Origin: Cyanophora paradoxa CCMP329
Taxonomy: Eukaryota > Plantae > Glaucophyta
Reading direction: 5' to 3'
NCBI GenBank assembly: GCA_004431415.1
Contig: QPMI01000010.1
Location: 310,001-374,000 of the forward strand
Length of the DNA stretch: 64,000 nucleotides
Shown: positions 1-10,681 of the stretch, piece by piece
How the letters are laid out: every line of letters starts with the position of its first letter
Numbering within the stretch: the stretch's first letter is position 1
Translations under genes and position numbers: made by a program
The notes under the pieces: generated by a model
Seen by the model: only the letters and a program-made list of their open reading frames with translations
Databases searched by the model: none
What the model was told of the DNA's origin: nothing

Positions 1-839
1 TTTCGAATAACCGTATTCGAATCTTCGCAGGATCCGCATCGATTTCGACTTTCCGTACACAGTGCCAACCTCGTCAGCTGCCGTCAACTGCACGAATTTC
101 TTCCTGCCGGACTCGGCCAAGCTCCTCGGCACAGGTGCGCCAACTGCAGCCTGATTGCAGACGCGTTGCTGGCACGTGCACGGTCAATTCCTGAAGAACG
201 CGACAGGAGCGCTGTGCGCCATCCAGTCGACGTCGGCACTCGCAGCCGTTGGAAGTCGAGCCCTCCTGCAATCGGGCAGCACCAGTACCCCAACTCGTCA
301 GGTTAGTCGGGGCTGAGGCGCTGGCTTAAGCTTGCAGCTTGCGCCGGCCCCGGCGATCGATCGCGCTTGTGTGTTGATTGCGGGGCGATCAGCTGGTGAT
401 CAGCCTGGGGGCGGGCTTCAATGTGCAGCCTGGCACCGTTCTTGAGCTAGATGCCGTGGGCCTACCGGTCCAGTATGGTGACATCTCAACGAACCCCATC
501 GTACAGATTGCTATGGCCTGCCCCCATGCCAACCCCGCTGACCCCCCTTGCATGAATCATTGCCGCCGCTGACCGATCATACGCTCCGCGCGCTTTTTGC
601 AGGCGGCACTACCAATATCCGCGCTGCAGGAGAAGCTGAGTCAGTTCAACGCCACCGGCGCAACGGCGGGGCGGGCCATGGCCGCCCAGGAGTCGCAGCA
701 GCAACAGCGCGTCTCAACATCAGATGCGCGCGTCAACGCGACCCCCGACCTAGGCCTTAGCATCGTCACGGGCCTCGTGGCGTTCATAGTCGCTATTGCG
801 CATGTTGCGTTGCACGGCGGGCGTCGGCAACCGATTTGA
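1..839 (+). CDS. 3' part of a multi-exon gene for a single-pass membrane/surface protein (5' end outside the window)
   Basis: Exons bounded by cag/gt read ..IRIDFDFPYTVPTSSAAVNCTNFFLPDSAKLLG.., ..ISLGAGFNVQPGTVLELDAVGLPVQYGDISTNPI.. and a last exon AALPISALQEKLSQF...LGLSIVTGLVAFIVAIAHVAL (TM helix), with the stop at 837-839. Confidence 0.6.
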
Positions 840-2349
840 GACCCGCATATACATACATACACCTTTTTTGAGCTATTGCTATAGCTAGCGTTAGTTATAT
901 AACGTTGACTCTTTTTGCACGCACTTGGCTCCGCTGCTTCCCCGGGCCCGTTCGTGCGCGGCCGGGCGGCTGCCGGCACTGATCATGAGCGCCTGCCGGC
1001 TGGCCATGGGCGTTTCGCGTTGTGTTGGGCCCGGAATCACTCACGCTGTGTTGGCATATATATGCATCTCTGCCGTTGTGCGCACGGCAGTCACTGAATA
1101 ACCGTACCCTGGGCCCTGTCCTATACAGCTATGTCATGATGATCAAAGGTAATTCGAACTTGATACTCCGAGCTCCGAGGCTCGCCTGGATTGCAAGCTA
1201 CAGGAGTGGCAGGAGTGGTCTCGGGGCTCCAAGGAGGCGCACCGGCTGGAAGCCCGGGGGGACGCGCCACTGGAACCTCCCCCCCCCCCCCCCCCCCCCC
1301 TCCCCCCGACCGCGGCCGCCCGACCCGGTCCTCCCCCACTCTTCCTCACCGCCCCACGCTCGCCCGTTCCGTACCCCTCCGCTCCCTCCCCCCCCAGCCC
1401 AACGCCTTCCCGATCCTCTGAGCCCGGCGGCTCTACCAGGTCCGCTCCCGGACGAGCGCGCCCCCACCCCCGAGCCCGCCGCACCCGCGACACGGCGGGC
1501 CGTACTTCAGCGTGTACAGAGTGGCTTAGTTTACAGAGCGCCTTCCCGGAGGCCATAGCTTGCTAGGTATAGTCACAGCTGCAGTCGTCTAGCCGTCCGC
1601 TTGTACTTGTTAGACTTGGCTCTCCCTCTCGTCCTTGGGTAGTCACTCCCTCCTCGCGTAGGGCCTCCCTTGTACTGCAGCGCTAGCGCTAGACCTAGCC
1701 CCGGGGTAGCCTTTCCAGTTATTTCCACATCCGAGCTCCACCCGGTGACCCGGTCCGATGTCCGAAAGGCTTAGTCCCGTAGGTTCATCTCTCGACTTGA
1801 CACAGATGGACACCTCAGTTATATCTCTAGCCATTTGTCTCGGCGTGTGCGAATTCATATAAATCCAAGGAGGCGCACGTGAGGGTGGCCGCTCTTTGTA
1901 TTCAAACGGGGGCCTGTAACCGCGCGCGGCCACCCGGCCTGGCGGGGGATCCGGTCCGGAGGGGGTAGGAGGGGGGAGGGGGGGGGAGGGGGAGGGGTCG
2001 GCAAGGCTTAACTATAGGGTGCACGCCCAAGTAAGATGCCTATAGCTAGGGGTACGGCATCGTGCCGAGGGTACAGATCGCTCTAGATCTGCGACCGGGA
2101 TCCGGAGTCGCAGAGTCGGGACGTCGACTCGGGGGCACACTATTACGTAACAAGCGGCTCGATCTCGATCTCGATTCGAAATTAAATTTCAACATGTCAA
2201 TGAATCGCGTTCAGCTGGAGCTCAGACCGGCCGCGGCTCGAGCCCGGCTCACGGCAGGCCACCCGGAGCGCGGCCCGGCCCCCTAGCTGATCGGGCGGCC
2301 CAGCCCCCAACACAATAATCAAAATATAAGTGCCTAGCAAGCAGCTGGC

Positions 2350-5300
2350 TTACTTGCCGCGCTTGCCGGCCGCCGCCGCGCCCGCGCCCGCTTGGAACGA
2401 GGGCTGCTTAGGCACCGCCGGCTTCGCGGCGGAGGAGGAGGAGGCCGAGGAGGAGCCGACCGAGGCGCGGGCGGCAGGGGGCAGCCCGGGCTTCCGTGCG
2501 ATGCTGCCGCTCGCGGGGACGGCGGAGGAGGAAGAGGAGGAGGAGGCGGCGGGCTTACCGGCGGCGGAGGATACGGAGGCGGAGGAGATAGAGGAGGAGC
2601 GGCCGGGCGGGGCGGCGGGCCGGGCCGGGGCCTTGCCGATACCGGAGGCGGCGGCGGACGAGGGGGTAGAGGTGGAGGAGGACTTGCGGGGCGCTGCGGA
2701 GGGGGCGGCGGCGGGGGCGGGGGCCGGGGCGGGGGCGGGGGCCGGGGCGGCTGCGGCCGGCTTCGAAGAGGAGGCGAGGGCGGCGGGGGGGGAAGAGGAG
2801 GGGGAGGGGCCGGGGGAGGGCGCGTGCCGCTTATGGGCCGCAGACTCAGATGAGGTGGAGTGGCCGGCGGAGGAGGCGGCGGCGGCGACGGCGACGGCGG
2901 CTGCGGGGGCCCACCGAGTCAGGGCCGGGGGGCGGGCGGGGGGTACGCTTGAAGAAGAAGAGAAAGAGCGACTCACATGACATCTCAGACGTCGGGAGGG
3001 ATGCGCGGGCCTTGGCCCCGACCTGCGCCGGAGGGCGGGCGGGCGCGTCAGCCGCCGGGCGATGGGCGCCGCCGCGCGGCTCTTAGAGCTAATAAAGAAT
3101 CAATATAGATCCAAGCGGCTCTTAGAGCTAATAAAGAATCAATATAGATCCAAGCGGCTCTTAGAGCTAATAAAGAATCAATATAGATCCAAGCGGCTCT
3201 TAGAGCTAATAAAGAATCAATATAGATCCAAGCGGCTCTTAGAGCTAATAAAGAATCAATATAGATCCAAGCGGCTCTTAGAGCTAATAAAGAATCAATA
3301 TAGATCCAAGCGGCTCTTAGAGCTAATAAAGAATCAATATAGATCCAAGCGGCTCTTAGAGCTAATAAAGAATCAATATAGATCCAAGCGGCTCTTAGAG
3401 CTAATAAAGAATCAATATAGATCCAATATAGAGCTCGCTCCTGGAGCTAAATATAGATCCAAGCCGGGCGCACCTTGCCCAGCTTGGCGAGCCGCTGGAC
3501 GCTCATCGCGACGAAAATTGCCTTCTGCGCCCGCCGGGTTCGAACCCGCGCCGGACGGGGGACGGAAATCAGAAACGGGCCCCGCGGGGACTCGAACCTT
3601 GAACTTCCGGGTGGCGTTGTAGGCGCGCATCATCTCCAGGACCGTGGGGAGGGGCCCCGCCGTCCGCTCGCCCCCGTCTTCCTGCGGGGGGTGGGGGGAT
3701 CAGGTGAGGGGGAAGAGGCGAGGGAGGGGTACGCTACGCACGACGATCCAGGGGTGCTGGAGCGCCTCATGTACGGTGTAGCGCTCGCTCGGGTTCACTT
3801 GCAGCAGCCGCCCGATCAAATCCTTGGCTGCCGGGGGGGGAGGGGGGTACGTGAGCGCTGAGTTGACGATGGTTGCAGTGCGCGCGCCCTGCCGTGCACG
3901 TACCCATCGGCGTGATGTCGGACCAATACGGGGCCGGGAAATCGTACACCCCCGCCGAGATCTGGCAGGGGTGCGTCAGCCAGGTTCGGAGGGCGCGGGT
4001 TCGGATCGGGGCGGGGCACCTTATCGTACAGCGCGTCGACCTTTTCGGCGCTGAAGGGGGGGAAGCCGCAGAGGAGTACGTAGAGCATCACACCGAATGA
4101 CCACATGTCCACGCCCTGCGGGCCGAGGGGGGGGTACAGACTCAAGCGGAGTACGCCACGCGGGGCGTACAGGAACAGGGGGGTACGCGCCTGGCGGTAC
4201 GGATCCCCCTTGATCACCTCCGGCGCTGCACGGAGGTACGGCGCTCGGCGTCGCGCGCGGGGCGGCTCGGGGCGGGGGGGTACCAATGAATTCGGGGGTA
4301 CCGCACATCAGCCGGAGACCGTCCGCCGTCAGCTTGTCAGCCAGCCCGAAGTCCGAAATCTGAGCCGGGGTACCCGTTTGGACGGCGCGGGGTACAGGAA
4401 TCTCAATCTCCGAGAACAGGGGGGTACCTTCACTTCGCTGTCGGGCTCCCCTGAGTAGAAGAGCACGTTCTCCGGCTTCAGATCTGAGAGCGCGCGCGCC
4501 TTCAGCCGGGGGCTACCGTTCCTGTCGGGCGGGCCGCGGGCGTGTACCCCTGTGGACGAAGCTCTTGCTGTGGAGGCAGGCGAGCCCGTTCAGGATCTGA
4601 ACCTGCGCCGGGGCGGCCGGGTACAGGATCAGAGACAGATTCGATCCGCCGGAGTTCAGATTCGATCCGCCGGCGCCGCGCAGCTCGCACCGCGATGCCC
4701 TTCACTTCCTTTTCTGAGAGGCTGCCGCGCTTGCACAGCTTGTCAAAGAGCTCGCCGCCCCTGCACCACTCGACGACGATCCAGATCTTGGTTTCCTGGA
4801 AGAATAGGGTGAGAGAGAACGAAGAAGGCAGAAGAGGACAGGGGGAAGAAAGGGCGCACGTTCTCGAAGAAGTCGCAGAGGCGGACGAGGTTGGGGTGCT
4901 CCACGGCCTGCATGATGGAGACTTCTCTCGCCACGATATCTGCGGGCGGGCGCGGTGGGCGTGTGTTCTCAGCGCGCGGGCCGAGCACCGTGGCTGCAGC
5001 GCGGCGCCCGAACCCTGGTTGAGGTGTGTCCTGTGCGAGCGAACGAGAGACGAGAATTAGATTCGGCGACGATAAGGCCGTCGCGCCAGCGCGAGCACGC
5101 GGTGGGCACGCGATCCCCTAGGGCCGAAGCGAAGCTCCGCAGAGAGCGGGGCTTCCCAAGAGCACGCACTTCTCCATGACCTTGCACGCGAAGAGCGCTC
5201 CATCGTTCTTTCTTGTGCACGTGTAAACGACCGCGCTGGCCGGTTCGCTCGGTTTAGCTACAGAAGGGACGAAACGAGGACGGGGCGGAGGGGGCACGCA

Positions 5301-5852
5301 CAACGCTCCGCTGCACGTGATTGAAGAGTAGAAGGCATGCGCAGGTCAGTGCCAGAGACGCGTAGCGCCGGACGGGCCCGCTTCTATTCACGCGCAAGCT
5401 GTGCGGCTAGGCTGGCTTCTATTCCGCGGCGAGAGGGCCACGCACGAGCCGAGTCGGTCGCCAAGCTTGTAAAAGTCCTGCCGGCAGAGATCAGCGCGGC
5501 TGCCGCGGCGGGCGTTGCGGCGAGCGTCGGAGGCTGCACGCGAACCTCGAACTTGAGCGTGGGCGGCGGACTCGCTTGCAAGTTGCTGGATGACCCGGTC
5601 CTCGCCATCTCGGACCTCGCCCGGTCCTCGCTGCTTCAGCAATGCGGACTTCTGGCGGCGACGAGCGAGCAGCGGACCAATGCGAACGAAGGTAGGTGGG
5701 GTACAGCAAAGAGCAACAGCAAGATGTGCGCAGCACGGAAGCCCTGGAAGCCGGCAGTGCACAGTGCGTGAGCAGTACTGCGGCAGCCCGCTTCCGGAAC
5801 ACGACTGAGGCCGCGCGCTCGCAGAGGACCACGTTCCGGGCAATTCCATCAA
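2350..5852 (-). CDS. Ca2+/calmodulin-dependent (CaMK-group) Ser/Thr kinase with low-complexity Ser/Ala/Pro tail; start codon unresolved
   Basis: The spliced product has all kinase motifs: [99 protein letters not shown]. These are followed by a CaM-binding-like helix YNATRKFK|[12 protein letters not shown] and a tail exon ending at 2350. Confidence 0.93.
3076..3426. repeat. Perfect 39-bp tandem repeat x9 inside a kinase intron (3023-3473)
   Basis: Unit GCGGCTCTTAGAGCTAATAAAGAATCAATATAGATCCAA, nine identical copies with no spacers. Confidence 0.97.
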
Positions 5853-6232
5853 CCCTCACCTCGATATGATCAATCCCGAGGATTGGGTGAGCTTAAGCCG
5901 CCCAAGCATTGAGGGCGTCAAGAGATCGGGGCGCCGCCGTGCCGACTTCCCAACGTTCCGCTGGCGTCGAATGTTCGGGGCCTTAGCTATGGGGTCCCCG
6001 CGCCCGCGCCAGCCCTCCACAGCGCCAGAGCGCGCTTCTAGCAACCCATTATACATGCGCCGCGCCCGCTTCCCCTTCAGTCCGGCCACCGACCCACCTT
6101 CGGCCTTCCCCCGCCAGCCCCGCATCTCTCCCGAGCCGTGCACGTTTATCATCAGCACGCTCTAGTTATCGCTTCAAGCGGCCGCGCCGCCGTCGCCAGC
6201 CGCCCGGCGCTGACCCGAGCGTCCGCCGCGCA

Positions 6233-6576
6233 GGGCCGCCAGCACACGGAGTACACCGCGAAAGACAGGCCGATCAAGGACTACTGGGAATCCCTGGGGT
6301 ACGCCGGACCAGAGTACCCCTCCATCCCCGGTGCGCGCCGATTGGAGCCTCGCGCGCCCGCTCTCTGACTGCCCCCGCGACTCGTCACCAGACCCAGAGG
6401 CGGTCCCGCCGCCGTCCCAGCGGCCGCCCACGGCGCCCGCGTACGGGGCGCCGACGCCGGCGCAGCTGCGCGCCGAGGGCGAGTTCAACCGCCAGAAGGC
6501 AACCCGCTCCTCTATCTTCCTGGGGTACGAGGAGGTGGGTCCGCTGGGGCCCCCGCAGCACCTCAGGAGGAGGTAG
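6233..6576 (+). CDS. Small protein of unknown function (3' exons; 5' end unresolved)
   Basis: Exons QHTEYTAKDRPIKDYWESLGYAGPEYPSIP|DPEAVPPP...RSSIFLGYEEVGPLGPPQHLRRR* are joined by an in-phase GTGCGC..CAG intron. Confidence 0.5.
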
Positions 6577-6675
6577 CTGTGCGTAGGCGCAGGCAGGCAG
6601 ACAGGCAGACAGTTAGGTAGGACCTAGTCTAGTATGCAGCATCGAATTCTCTGATAGCTAAATAACAAGGAAGTG

Positions 6676-8280
6676 CTAAGTAGGTATGGGAGTGGGGCGC
6701 GTCGGGCTGTCGTCCCCTCCGAATTCTTCCCTGTACGCCTCCTCGTCCAGGATAAGGGGGGGTATCGTCCAGCGCCCGCTGAACCTGGGATCTCGCGTGA
6801 GGAATCCGGAGTTAAAGCTTAAGCTTGAAGGGAGCGCGAGCGGGGGCGCGCCGGCGTGGGCGCACCGCCCCGGCCCGCCCTCGTGCATCGCTTCCTGGCA
6901 GCGCGCCTCGCAGAGCCGCCGGACGCCCTCGGGCAGCCCCGCGAGCCGCTCCGCGTACCGCCGCTCCTGCGCGAGCGAACGAAGCGGTCTGGGTACGCGA
7001 TTCGTCGGACGGGGGGGAGGGGGGAGAGGGTGGGCGGGCGTACGTGGAAGCGGATGAGGGAGAGGAGCCGGAGCGGGGCGTCGGGCCCGTGGGCGCGAAC
7101 AAAGGCCCGGAACACGTTGAACGAGTTCCGAACCTGCGAACGAAGCGGGGGGGTACGTTTCGCCCCAGCCGGTCCCTGAGGGGCGTACCCCCGCGCACCA
7201 CGTCGTCCTCGTAGTCCAGAAGGTCGTCCCCGATCTCTGTACCCCCGTGAGAGGCGGAGCGGCCGGTGCTGGCATACCCCCCGGGGCCCCGCGGGGCCCC
7301 TACCGACGAGGAGTTCGGAGGTCGCCAGGTACTCCATCGCCGCGCTGTCCGGCGGCCTGCGGGGTACAAGGCTTGCGTGGGGAGGGGCCGGGGGTCGGGC
7401 GGGGGGCCGCCCCACCTGCCCGATGCGTTGCAGAGGAGCAGGTTCATCGCCCGGTAATCGAAGCTCTTGAGCTTCACCTGAGCGAAGAAGCGGCGTGGGC
7501 GAAGAAGCGGCGTGAGCGAAGAAGGCGAGGGCCGCCGGGCACTACGGGCTGGAGCTGCGCCCGCGCCTGCGCCGCCGCACCGCGCGGATGGCCCGGGCCA
7601 GGGCCGAGCGCCGCGCCGGCGAGAGTCCCGCGTAGACCTCCGCCGGCGTGTCGTCTTCGTCCTCCTCTTCCTCGTCTCCGCAGGCGGGCGGCGGCTGAGC
7701 GGGCTTGCCTCCCTCGAGCGCGCCCTCGCTGCTCCGCGCGCGCTTCGGGCCGCGGCCTGCCGCGCCGGCCGCGTCCTCCGCGGCCCACGCGCCGCAGAGT
7801 TCGCGCTCCAAGGACCAGTACACAGCCCCGCGCCGCAGCTCCGAGCGGAGCCGCTCGTCCAGGAGCCCTCGCTCCTCCAGCGACGCCGTCAGCAGCGCGA
7901 GGCTCGGCTCGGCCGCCGCGGGCGCGCCACTCAGCGCTCCCTTCCGATCCGCGAGCGCCTGCATCGCGTCCTCGTTCTCCTCGTCGGCCTGGTAGATGCA
8001 GCCCTGCGGCGGCGGCGTTAACGTTCAGGGCGGGCGCGGCGCAGACGCTGATTTGATCCCAGCGCACCTCGACGAAGGCCAGGAGCGGTAGGTGCGCAAA
8101 GAGCATATCCGCAGGCGACGCGCAACCATGGAACATGTAGTCTGCGGCGGGTCAAGCTGCGGCACTGCGGGCGGCGAGCTCTGTGCTGGCGGGCTCACAG
8201 CTCTTGCAGAAGTCCTCCAGCGTCGAGCGCGACCGCTCCAGCGCCCGCAGGCTCACCGCGGGCCTCGTCGCGGCCGCCAT
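6676..8280 (-). CDS. Conserved uncharacterised plant/algal-type protein with an acidic DDLLDYEDD motif (isoprenoid-synthase-like helical fold inferred)
   Basis: Spliced: MAAATRPAVSLRALERSRSTLEDFCKSYYMFHG...LPLLAFVE|GCIYQADEENE...KSFDYRAMNLLL...EYLATSELLV|EIGDDLLDYEDDV..NSFNVFRAFVRAHG...WTIPPLILDEEAYR. Confidence 0.75.
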
Positions 8281-8331
8281 ACCCTACCTCAAGCCGCCTA
8301 GTTCGCAACGCATACTTTCGCCCCCCCCACC

Positions 8332-8650
8332 ATGCCACCGTCGGCTGCAGCGCCCCGCGACCCGAAGCGGATGGTTACGAAGATGATGGCAATGGCCGAG
8401 GCCTGCGCCGCTGAGGTGCGCCGCGCCGCGCTCGCCCCGCTCCGGATCTCCGGCCGACCGCCCGCAGGCGGCGCTGTACGGTCGCTGCGTGGCCGGCCAT
8501 GTGCAGAAGATGGAGCGCGACGTGTGCGCGGAGGAGTTCAACAAGTTCCGCGCCTGCCTGCGCGTCGCCGCGGTGCGCGAAGCGGAGCCGCCTCCCGACC
8601 ACCGAGCAACAGCGCCGACCGCTCAAGCTTTCGTGTCGCAGAAGCGGTGA
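8332..8650 (+). CDS. NDUFAF8: Twin-CX9C mitochondrial complex I assembly factor, NDUFAF8-like (about 65 aa, 3 exons)
   Basis: MPPSAAAPRDPKRMVTKMMAMAEACAAE|AALYGRCVAGHVQKMERDVCAEEFNKFRACLRVAA|KR*. It has two exact CX9C motifs in the CxxEAxxYGxC...CxxEFxxxxxC pattern of this family. Confidence 0.8.
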
Positions 8651-9199
8651 TGCAGGCGATCTCCGCAAGTGTTCATCCTCGACCGCTGCCAAGCAGGCGC
8701 GTCGTCATTCGCGGGCAGGTGCGCTCTGAGAGATCGCCCGCCCGCCGCACGTGCGCTTGCAATCTCACAGCGAGTGCAGGTCGATGTACAAGCGTGCTTT
8801 GCTTTACGGCCTCAGAACAGGCGCGGGCGCGGAGCGGCCTCGTTCCTTCCTCCGGATCCGGCCGACCGCAGCCCGCCGTTCCTTCCACCGCCCCTCGCGC
8901 TGGACGCTCGAGCTGCGGCTCTCGGATCGAAGTCCCGTCCCAGGCAAATCTCAAGCCCCCGTGCCGCGCCCTGTGCTCCGGAGACTATGTGCCCCGTCAA
9001 TGCACGCCTGCATACGCAAACTTACGCTACCGGCCACCCAGCTCTGCATGCTTACATTAAGCTTGCAGGCGGACCCCATAGCCGCACTCACTGGGCCACT
9101 GGGTCAATGCACGCCCGCAAACTGAAGCTACTGGCCACCCGGCCCAGGTCTGCATGCCTACACCATAAGCTTGCAGCGCTTCTCCGCAGGCCTAGGGCA

Positions 9200-10505
9200 T
9201 CAGCCGCCGGGCAGGGAGCGGGGGAGCCTCTCCCCCGGGGGCAGCCCGAGGCGCCGACCCAGCTCCGCCGCCTCCGCCTCCGCCTCCTCCGCGCCCCTCC
9301 GCCGCTCCGTCAGCTCCGCCTCCAGCGCCCGCGTGTCCGCAAGCGCCCCGACCTCCGCCTGCGGGGGGCGTCGACGTCGGCCCACGAGCCGGGGTACAGC
9401 AGTAGCGGCGCTCGGGAGGGGGGTACGGCACCCGGAGGGCCTCGAGCTCGGCTGCCGCGGCCTCGACGCGGCCCCGCCGCTCGCGCTCCGCTGCCTCCTT
9501 CGCCTCCCGCGCCTTCGCCAGCTGGGGGTACACCAATCTCAGAAAAGGCTGCGTTGGGATTGGAGCCCGCGGACCTCGCCGGCCAGGCGCTCGTTCTCGG
9601 CGCGCAGGGCGGCCGCGTACTCCTCCAGGTTCTCGGCCTGCACCGAATCGGATCCAAGAGAGCGCGCGCGCCCCCCGGGCGAAGGGGGTACGGCACCTCG
9701 ACGGCGAGGTCCACCTCCCCCCGCGAAGCGCCGGACGCCTCGCCGAACTCGCTCTCCACTGCGATCAGATTTGCGCGGCGGAAAGATATCGGAAGGCCGG
9801 CAAGCGGATGCGAAGCGCACGCTGCGCGCGGGCGGTCCGCAGCTCCGCCTCGAGGGCCGCGCGCTCCACCACGGCCGGCTTTCCCGCGTAGTGCGCCTCG
9901 ACCTTGGAGAAGTGGCCCGCGAGCCGCGCGCCCTCCGCAGCGTACATATCCCTGCTCGCTTTCAGATTCCAATTAAACAGCCGACGACGTCGAAGAGCCA
10001 AGGGCGCTCGCCTGTCCGCCTCGAGGCGCCGCCGGGCGTCCCCCACCGCCACCGCAAGGCGCTCCTCTTCGGCGCGCAGCAGCTTCGTCTCTGCGTATGC
10101 CACGTGAGCAGGGAGTGGACTTGTGCATGCGATCTCTCACCTTGCTGAGCAGCCTGCACCGTGCGCTTCGCGTTGATGCGCTGCATCTCCTGCGCGAGAA
10201 CCTCCATATCTACCCGCATGCGCTCCATCTGCGCGTCCTCCAGCGTGCACATGGCTGCGCGAGCGGCGGGAAGCGCGAGCGCTCGAGCGCGGTCGGGGCA
10301 GCTGCAGACCCCGGGCGACCTGCTCCTCGAGATCATGCAGCGTTGCTGATAGCGCGTCCGCCTCCGCTTTCTCCGCGTTGGAGGCCTCCTGCGCACAGCG
10401 ATCAGATTACAGCCCGAGAGCCGCGCGGCCTTCGCGACCCACCTCGAGCTCCGTCACCCGCAGCAAGATGAGGGAGAGCGTCGGGTCGGGCGCGTCGGAG
10501 TCCAT
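9200..10505 (-). CDS. Coiled-coil protein of unknown function
   Basis: Multi-exon: MDSDAPDPTLSLILLRVTELE..MERMRVDMEVLAQEMQRIN..ENLEEYAAALRAENERLAGEV..LEAELTERRRGAEEAEAEAAELGRRL; E/A/R/L heptads throughout. Confidence 0.7.
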
Positions 10506-10681
10506 CGCGGCCACAGCTCGGACAGTCCGGCTCCGCCACGAAACGGGTACGCGGCACGACTTGTGCGGCCTCCGTGTGAACCTGTACTGCTTGCCAGTGC
10601 TTTTCCGATCCACTAGTACTGCTTGCCAGTGCTTGTACGCATCAAGAACCAAGCCTGGAGCCCCCGGAGATCAATCAGGGA

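Noticed and set aside
1102-2057. Possible TIR element (CCGTACCC...GGGTACGG with mirrored poly-C and poly-G)
   Set aside because: Only an 8-bp terminal match of a locally common motif, and no TSD.
2330-2980. Long plus-strand GC-rich ORFs here and across the window
   Set aside because: Stop-poor antisense or off-frame shadows of real exons in very GC-rich DNA.
3525-3600. tRNA-like GGTTCGA(A/G) T-loop motifs
   Set aside because: No D-arm or anticodon arm; the segment is a short kinase intron between RKFK and KAIF.
3062-3622. CRISPR-like array or repeat-protein ORF ([13 protein letters not shown])n
   Set aside because: There are no spacers and the context is eukaryotic. The array lies in a kinase intron on the opposite strand, and the ORF exists only because the unit is 39 bp and stop-free.
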